Below, piece after piece: positions 15,470-20,354 of a DNA stretch of 20,354 bases. A program made the position numbers and the translations under genes. The notes beneath the pieces were generated by a model, which worked only from the letters and a program-made list of their open reading frames with translations, had not been told where the DNA came from and did not search any database. The DNA lies in assembly GCA_023473405.1 (NCBI GenBank), contig JAMCZD010000444.1, positions 1 through 20,354 on the forward strand. Reading direction: 5' to 3'. The stretch comes from Candidatus Omnitrophota bacterium (GTDB taxonomy: Bacteria; Verrucomicrobiota; Verrucomicrobiia; Limisphaerales; UBA1319). Numbering within the stretch: position 1 is the first letter of the stretch; every line of letters starts with the position of its first letter.

Positions 15470-16138
15470 ATGAACACAAAAAATGTTAGGTCGGCGGAAT
15501 CAAGTTCCTCTTCGAGCCGGTCCGCAATTCGGAAGGCGTCCCGGCTGTTACTCGTGTGCGGCTCAGCCTGGCTAACCACCCCTGTCCTGGCTCACGAGGA
15601 CAGTCCCATCCAAACCCGGGCCTCAGCCCCCGCGGCGGCGGGAGCCATCCCTTCATCGCCCATTGTGCAATCCAAACCGGGCGACAATGCCTGGAACATG
15701 GGACGTCCGTCCGAAGATTGGTGGGGCGAGATCAGGCGCGAGCACGGGCATGTGGGCCCATGGAACGTTCTGGGCTGGCGGATTGGTCAGGCCGCGTTGC
15801 GCGAATTCAAGACGCGGTGGGGCCGGCACGAGCTCGACATTATATGTTACGTGCCACTACAGACTCCATTTACATGCCTGGTGGACGGGGTCGCGGTGGG
15901 CGCGGGCAACAGCCTTGGCCGTCTCGATCTTCGGTTGTCCGAGGTCTTCACCTCCGCGCAATCATGTGTTGCCGTGCGGCGCAAGGACGGCAAGGGCGAG
16001 GTGCTTGAATTTCGTCCGCAGCCAAATTACTTGAAATCGATCATCAACCAGCCCGTGGAAAAGTTGGAATCCCTCTCGCGCGCGTGCAGCCAAATGCCGG
16101 ACCAGGAGCTCTTTGTTATCCGGCGGTACTCGCCGTAG
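15470..16138 (+). CDS. Secreted FmdE-domain-like protein (formylmethanofuran dehydrogenase subunit E family fold) lacking the usual Cys ligands
   Basis: Signal peptide (LLLVCGSAWLTTPVLAHE). EHGHVGPWNVLGWRIG resembles the FmdE HGHxCPGxxxGxR motif with Cys replaced by Gly. A second FmdE-like block is CLVDGVAVGAGNSLGRL. Confidence 0.5.
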   Translation: MNTKNVRSAESSSSSSRSAIRKASRLLLVCGSAWLTTPVLAHEDSPIQTRASAPAAAGAIPSSPIVQSKPGDNAWNMGRPSEDWWGEIRREHGHVGPWNVLGWRIGQAALREFKTRWGRHELDIICYVPLQTPFTCLVDGVAVGAGNSLGRLDLRLSEVFTSAQSCVAVRRKDGKGEVLEFRPQPNYLKSIINQPVEKLESLSRACSQMPDQELFVIRRYSP

Positions 16139-16158
16139 CGGGATGGTGAAAACCTCCG

Positions 16159-16938
16159 TCAGTCCTTTCCAGCCACCCGATCGAGCCCGAGCCGGGCAGC
16201 AAGCTGGACAAGTTTTGGCTTACTGGGATCAGTCATGGCGTGATAGATTTCCTCGGCTTCGGCGTTTTTACCCTTATTCAGCAACTGCTCGGCGCACACC
16301 AAGCAGGCGTCGTCCAGCACCGATCGCGACGCGGGTGTTTTCGGATCGAACTCCCGCAATCGGCGCGCCGACTCCGGGGTGCCGATGTCGCCCAACGCCG
16401 CTACCGCTGCATGGACCACCTGCGGATCGGCATCTGACAGAAGCGCCGTAAGCGCGGAAATGCATTGGGTATCCCGGCGGCTTCCGAGGGACTGAATCAC
16501 GCCCAGTCTCGGCAGGCCGCTGAGGCGGGACAAGGCATCACGAAGCGCGGCGACTGCTTCCGGGCAGGGCATCGATTCCAAGGCATTGCGTGCCGAGTAA
16601 GCAAGGTCCGAATCGACCAACAACGCCGCTAGCGCGGGCACCGATCGAGAGGAGCCGATCAGGCTGAGTTTGAGGCAGATGTATTCCTTGGCCGGAACAG
16701 GTGCATGGGTGCCGAGGAGAACGGCCAACCGGTCGGCCAACTGACCTTGTGCCGCGGCATTGCCCAGGGAGGCGCGGACTGCCTCGTCAATGGGCATCAG
16801 GATCCCGCGACTGGCACCATAATCGTAACTCTTCAGAATCTCGAAGGCGCGGTCCAACGCGGCTTCTTGGTCTGCCGCCCGGCTTGAAGGATTAACCGAT
16901 ACCGACGCGCCTGCCAATGCAACAGTGTTCTTATTCAT
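16159..16938 (-). CDS. HEAT/PBS-lyase-type repeat protein
   Basis: Repeated helix-turn-helix units rich in Ala/Leu with periodic AxxALG/SxxAVxAL motifs (e.g. VRASLGNAAAQG, AVAALRDALS, VHAAVAALGDIG). Lies 39 bp downstream of the ThuA-fusion gene on the same strand. Confidence 0.65.
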   Translation of the reverse strand: MNKNTVALAGASVSVNPSSRAADQEAALDRAFEILKSYDYGASRGILMPIDEAVRASLGNAAAQGQLADRLAVLLGTHAPVPAKEYICLKLSLIGSSRSVPALAALLVDSDLAYSARNALESMPCPEAVAALRDALSRLSGLPRLGVIQSLGSRRDTQCISALTALLSDADPQVVHAAVAALGDIGTPESARRLREFDPKTPASRSVLDDACLVCAEQLLNKGKNAEAEEIYHAMTDPSKPKLVQLAARLGLDRVAGKD

Positions 16939-16977
16939 TTTAATCTCGTATCAGGTCATCAATGGTGTAACGGCGGT

Positions 16978-18813
16978 TCATTTTGCCAGGTCGAGGCTGA
17001 GGTTATTGAAAAATTCGACGCAACGCTCGATCTCCGGCATCGACTCCAACCAGTTGTAGGAATACTCGATGCCGAACATGGATGGTTTAATGCCGAGCCG
17101 GTCGAGTTCTTCGATAAATTTGGCCGTGTCCCCCACCCCGGCGCCCCAAGGCACATCGTGGCCTTCCGAGCTCAACTCATTGAGGTCGTGCATCTGGACG
17201 GTGATCAACCGGTCCTTGAGCAATCGCACGGCGGCGATGGGATCGATTCCCGAACGCAACCAGTAACCCAGATCGGCGCCGGCTCCTATCAATCGGCTGC
17301 GGCCCCGGCAGACCTCCAAAACGCCCTCTGGTCTCCAGTATCGCGGCGAAGACTTGCGGTCATGATTGTGGATGGCCAATTCGATATGGTAGGCGTCGCA
17401 AAACCTCTCGATAGTGTCCAGCGCCTCGGGCGCCGGCTCGGAAATAAAGGTCTCGATCCCCATTTTGCGCCCGAACTCGAAAACCTTGCGGCAGCCCGCC
17501 TCATCACCGGGTATCTCCTGAATGTAATAGGTAATCAGGCGCAAACCGGCTGAATCGAGTTTTAATCGGACCTGTTTCAGTTCATCGTCGGAAAGCCGCG
17601 GATCGAAGTTCTTGGGGATTTCCTCACTTACCCTTTGGAAGCTCAACCCGCCGATATAGGAAAGGCCGAGCCGGGAGGTCTTCTCGATGGCCTCGAAAAA
17701 CGTGAACCTGTGGAAGGTGTAGGCCTCGATCCCGAGCCGCCAGCCGAGTCTTTCCTGGGTTCGAGTGGCGGGCGTCAACCGATTGCTCGGGGTGGTTGGG
17801 ACCTCAAGATCGCCCAGGACAAACTGGATTGCCCCCAGGTAAAACCGCAGCATCTTCGGATCCCAAAACACGTAGGGATTGTGCGCAATCGTGCAGTAGA
17901 AAACCCGGCCTCGACCGTAATTCCGCACCCACGCCAAGGCATAATCGTTGTCCGCTCGGAGGCAATCTCCCAGGGATTGGCCGCGGTTTGCGTCGGTCTT
18001 GTCCGTATCGATACTGAACAAGACGCGAACCCGGTCCCGCGAATACGGCTCATGGACACGAAAGAACTCGTCGCGGTATTCAAAACCTTGGCTGCCGAAC
18101 ACCTGGTTCAGCGGGTTTTCGGGATCATCGATCTTGATAAAAACGTGCTCGTCGCTGTCCTTATGGTTGGCGCCGCGCGCCCCGAGCATGGCCCCAAACT
18201 CGGGCCAGTCCTCGACTGCGCCCGGCCACCGGGTAAAGGCCACGGAAGCGCCATGAACACCCATCAATCCCCCGCCTCCACAGACAAACTCGACCAGGCT
18301 CTGCCGCAGCTCGGGATCGGTGAAAAGGTTGCCCACGGTGTTGTTGAAAAAGACGGCGTCGAATTGCCTCAGGCTCCCGCGTTTGAACACAGCCGGGTCG
18401 CGGCTGACGACCGTCTCGAAGGCGCCGGTCTTCCTTCCCATCAACGCAAAGGCCTGTTCAGCATATGCAGCCGATGGATGTCCACCATAACCGACGTTCA
18501 GATCAAAGATTAAAAGCTTGCGGGGCGCGCGCGGTCGAACGATGGCCTTTGCCGGAATCGCTTGTTCAATCTTGAGACGATCATCCGGGTTATTGACAAA
18601 AGGTTCAATGGGAGAACTTGCGGCGGTATCATCCGGACGACCGGCGGCATGCGCGGGCCATGATACCAGCCAGCAAAACGCCAGATAAAACAAAATAATT
18701 ACCTGGCTTTTGGGTGGCATTTGGATTTTAATCGCTTTTGCCATGGAATCTTTGGGGCGTCCCAAAGCCGGCTGGTTTACTGGCTTGGCGTTCTTGTTCA
18801 TTTCGTTGCTCAT
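16978..18813 (-). CDS. Fusion protein: N-terminal signal peptide, ThuA-like (trehalose-utilisation, class-I glutamine-amidotransferase-like fold) domain, and xylose-isomerase-like TIM-barrel (sugar phosphate isomerase/epimerase family) domain
   Basis: ThuA signature: LLIFDLNVGYGGHPS...FDAVFFNNT...GGGGLMGVHGAS...DEFF...GRGRVFYCTIAHN...LGAIQFV. The TIM-barrel part begins at LGWRLGIEAYTF and includes ELAIHNH and ITVQMHD metal-site-like motifs. The start could be 18813, 18744 or 18720. The later starts give a classic signal peptide, MPPKSQVIILFYLAFCWLVSWPAHA|AG. Confidence 0.8.
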   Translation of the reverse strand: MSNEMNKNAKPVNQPALGRPKDSMAKAIKIQMPPKSQVIILFYLAFCWLVSWPAHAAGRPDDTAASSPIEPFVNNPDDRLKIEQAIPAKAIVRPRAPRKLLIFDLNVGYGGHPSAAYAEQAFALMGRKTGAFETVVSRDPAVFKRGSLRQFDAVFFNNTVGNLFTDPELRQSLVEFVCGGGGLMGVHGASVAFTRWPGAVEDWPEFGAMLGARGANHKDSDEHVFIKIDDPENPLNQVFGSQGFEYRDEFFRVHEPYSRDRVRVLFSIDTDKTDANRGQSLGDCLRADNDYALAWVRNYGRGRVFYCTIAHNPYVFWDPKMLRFYLGAIQFVLGDLEVPTTPSNRLTPATRTQERLGWRLGIEAYTFHRFTFFEAIEKTSRLGLSYIGGLSFQRVSEEIPKNFDPRLSDDELKQVRLKLDSAGLRLITYYIQEIPGDEAGCRKVFEFGRKMGIETFISEPAPEALDTIERFCDAYHIELAIHNHDRKSSPRYWRPEGVLEVCRGRSRLIGAGADLGYWLRSGIDPIAAVRLLKDRLITVQMHDLNELSSEGHDVPWGAGVGDTAKFIEELDRLGIKPSMFGIEYSYNWLESMPEIERCVEFFNNLSLDLAK

Positions 18814-18838
18814 AAGCCTTCGGTCGTTCGTCAGAGGT

Positions 18839-20173
18839 TCAAACGCGCCAAGGCGCCCGGGACGCGCGAGAGCGCAGCCGGTTGGCGGCGGCGTTTTCGA
18901 TGAATTGCTCGGCGGCAGGGTCCCATTTCAAGGAACGCCCGGTCCAGAAGACGATATTGGTGAGGTGTCCGATCGTAGCGGAGCGATGGCCGATTTCCTC
19001 GTTGGAGCTGGGAGACCGCCGCGAGTGAATACATTCGAGCCAATTGGCGTGGTGGTTGTTGGCGCCGATGTTTACCTCGCGCGTTTTCAGACCCATCTCC
19101 TTCATCAGCTCTTCGGGACCGCCCTCGATGGGGCCCCCTGTCGAGAGCGTGGTGACCCAGCCGCGTTCGCCCACAAAGATGCCGCCGAAATTGCCGGCCA
19201 ACCGTGCCGAAGCGGGGACTGCCTTATAGGTGTCCTTTACCATGCCCCAGTGGTCCACGAAGTGCAGCAGCGTTCCATTGGCATACTTGAAGGTCAAAGT
19301 TGGATACTCACCGTCATCGGGATAAACCAATTCGACCGGACCGCTGTTTTCCATGCCCAAGGCGTATTGGATAATATCTGCCGCATGCGACAAAAACCAA
19401 GTCGACGAAGTAACGCCAAAGGCGTCACAGAAGGACCATGGTACCACGCCAGGCGACGGGTTGGTATGGTAGGCGTGATTGTAAGGGTGCCACGGCGCCG
19501 GACCCACCCATAGGTTCCAGTCCAGACCCTCGGGCACCGGCTCCGCCGGGAGCGGGAAGTCGAGCGGAACATAAGAGCGTCCGCAAATATCAGCGCTCAT
19601 TACCTTTGCATAAGGCTTGAAACGGTCCGACCGAATCCAACCCGACAAATTATTGAGCAAGGTGAATACCGTCTTAACCTGGCCCAAGCCGCCGTTGCGG
19701 ACGAACTGGCAAACCTGGCGGATCGTGGGTATGGAGCGATACTGCGTCCCCGTTTGGAAGACGCGTCCGTATCGGCGCACCGTTTCGACAACCCGGCGGC
19801 TCTCCTCGATGGTAACTGAGATCGGCTTCTCGCAGTAGATGTCCTTGCCCGCTTTGGCGGCGTCGATGGATTGAAGCGAATGCCAATGGTCCGGCGTGGC
19901 AATGACCACGGCGTCGATGTCCGGTCGAGCCAGCACCTCGCGGTAATCATTATAGGCCGCGCAACCGTGATAGCTGCCGCTCGAACGCTCGGCGGCGTAC
20001 ATGCCGTTGACCGTCTCCTGGGCATTTTCCCGGCGCACCCGGTCCACGTCGCACACGGCCAACACCCTGAAACCCGGATCACCCGCCACGCGCCGCACGT
20101 GGCCGGACCCCATGGCGCCGATCCCGATGATTCCCACTGTGATTCGCTTACTCGGCGGAACGCCTTGGTCCAC
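18839..20173 (-). CDS. Gfo/Idh/MocA-family NAD(P)-dependent oxidoreductase (ThuB-like), 444 aa; GTG start
   Basis: Rossmann motif [31 protein letters not shown] motif (CEKPIS). Typical PVC-size C-terminal extension. GTG at 20171-20173 is preceded by an in-frame stop. Confidence 0.85.
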   Translation of the reverse strand: MDQGVPPSKRITVGIIGIGAMGSGHVRRVAGDPGFRVLAVCDVDRVRRENAQETVNGMYAAERSSGSYHGCAAYNDYREVLARPDIDAVVIATPDHWHSLQSIDAAKAGKDIYCEKPISVTIEESRRVVETVRRYGRVFQTGTQYRSIPTIRQVCQFVRNGGLGQVKTVFTLLNNLSGWIRSDRFKPYAKVMSADICGRSYVPLDFPLPAEPVPEGLDWNLWVGPAPWHPYNHAYHTNPSPGVVPWSFCDAFGVTSSTWFLSHAADIIQYALGMENSGPVELVYPDDGEYPTLTFKYANGTLLHFVDHWGMVKDTYKAVPASARLAGNFGGIFVGERGWVTTLSTGGPIEGGPEELMKEMGLKTREVNIGANNHHANWLECIHSRRSPSSNEEIGHRSATIGHLTNIVFWTGRSLKWDPAAEQFIENAAANRLRSRASRAPWRV

Positions 20174-20282
20174 TTCATCTTTCTAGGATTACGCTTCTTA
20201 TTAAAGTTCTTATGGCACTTCGATCGACAAAAGCTGAAGACCTATGTACAATATTAGTCACAACCATCAGAGCCATAGGAGC

Positions 20283-20306
20283 GAGTCGCGACTCACCTTC
20301 GAGTCG
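20283..20306. promoter_or_regulatory. Perfect 12-bp palindrome GAGTCGCGACTC (20283-20294) plus a further GAGTCG copy (20301-20306), in the AT-rich region upstream of the Gfo/ThuA-fusion/HEAT operon. Candidate operator.
   Basis: Read directly. The region 20174-20354 is markedly more AT-rich than the rest of the window. Confidence 0.3.
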
Positions 20307-20354
20307 TTTCTGACAAATGTGATACCATGTCCAGGATAAATAGGACTCGAGCAG

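Noticed and set aside
17635-19513. Plus-strand ORFs of 292 aa (17635..18513) and 267 aa (18710..19513)
   Set aside because: Antisense to the ThuA-fusion and Gfo/Idh/MocA genes, which have clear family signatures on the minus strand.
1-20354. Search for CRISPR arrays, tRNA/rRNA genes, transposases, integrases, toxin-antitoxin pairs and defence-system signatures
   Set aside because: No regular repeat-spacer arrays. No cloverleaf-like tRNA candidates in intergenic regions. No DDE/tyrosine-recombinase motifs. No restriction-modification or CRISPR-associated (Cas) motifs in any frame. None is reported.

Overview
The window is a high-GC (~60%), tightly packed stretch of bacterial chromosome with about 20 protein-coding genes. 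I found no rRNA, tRNA, CRISPR array, transposase or integrase. The gene content points to the Planctomycetes-Verrucomicrobia-Chlamydiae (PVC) superphylum, Verrucomicrobiota or Planctomycetota: a DUF1559-type prepilin-like protein, a secreted protein ending in a '...FYRL' C-terminal domain, HEAT-repeat, ThuA and Gfo/Idh/MocA proteins, and weak or absent Shine-Dalgarno sequences. Gene order, left to right, follows. A partial ORF on the minus strand runs off the left edge. An RhaT-family rhamnose/H+ symporter. A PAS sensor histidine kinase with no response regulator in the window, followed directly by a run of housekeeping genes with overlapping stop/start codons: HIT-family hydrolase, PhoH-like ATPase (ybeZ), ybeY, a DUF502 membrane protein and recO. 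A secreted TIM-barrel-like protein. A minus-strand nfeD-flotillin pair with a beta-carbonic anhydrase that carries a ~100-aa low-complexity tail sitting 19 bp downstream on the same strand. Two tandem, overlapping URO-D-family paralogs. A secreted protein plus DUF1559 prepilin-like protein pair. A secreted FmdE-like protein. A minus-strand operon-like trio: Gfo/Idh/MocA oxidoreductase (ThuB-like), a single polypeptide fusing a ThuA domain to a xylose-isomerase-like TIM barrel, and a HEAT-repeat protein. The most unusual things are (i) the NfeD-flotillin-carbonic anhydrase arrangement, (ii) the ThuA::xylose-isomerase-like fusion next to a ThuB-like oxidoreductase, a candidate single-locus periplasmic oxidative (3-keto) glycoside-processing module, (iii) the secreted '...FYRL'-domain protein coupled to a pseudopilin-like DUF1559 protein, and (iv) several small repeat or palindrome clusters in divergent promoter regions. 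All functional calls rest on motif recognition by eye. I ran no database searches.
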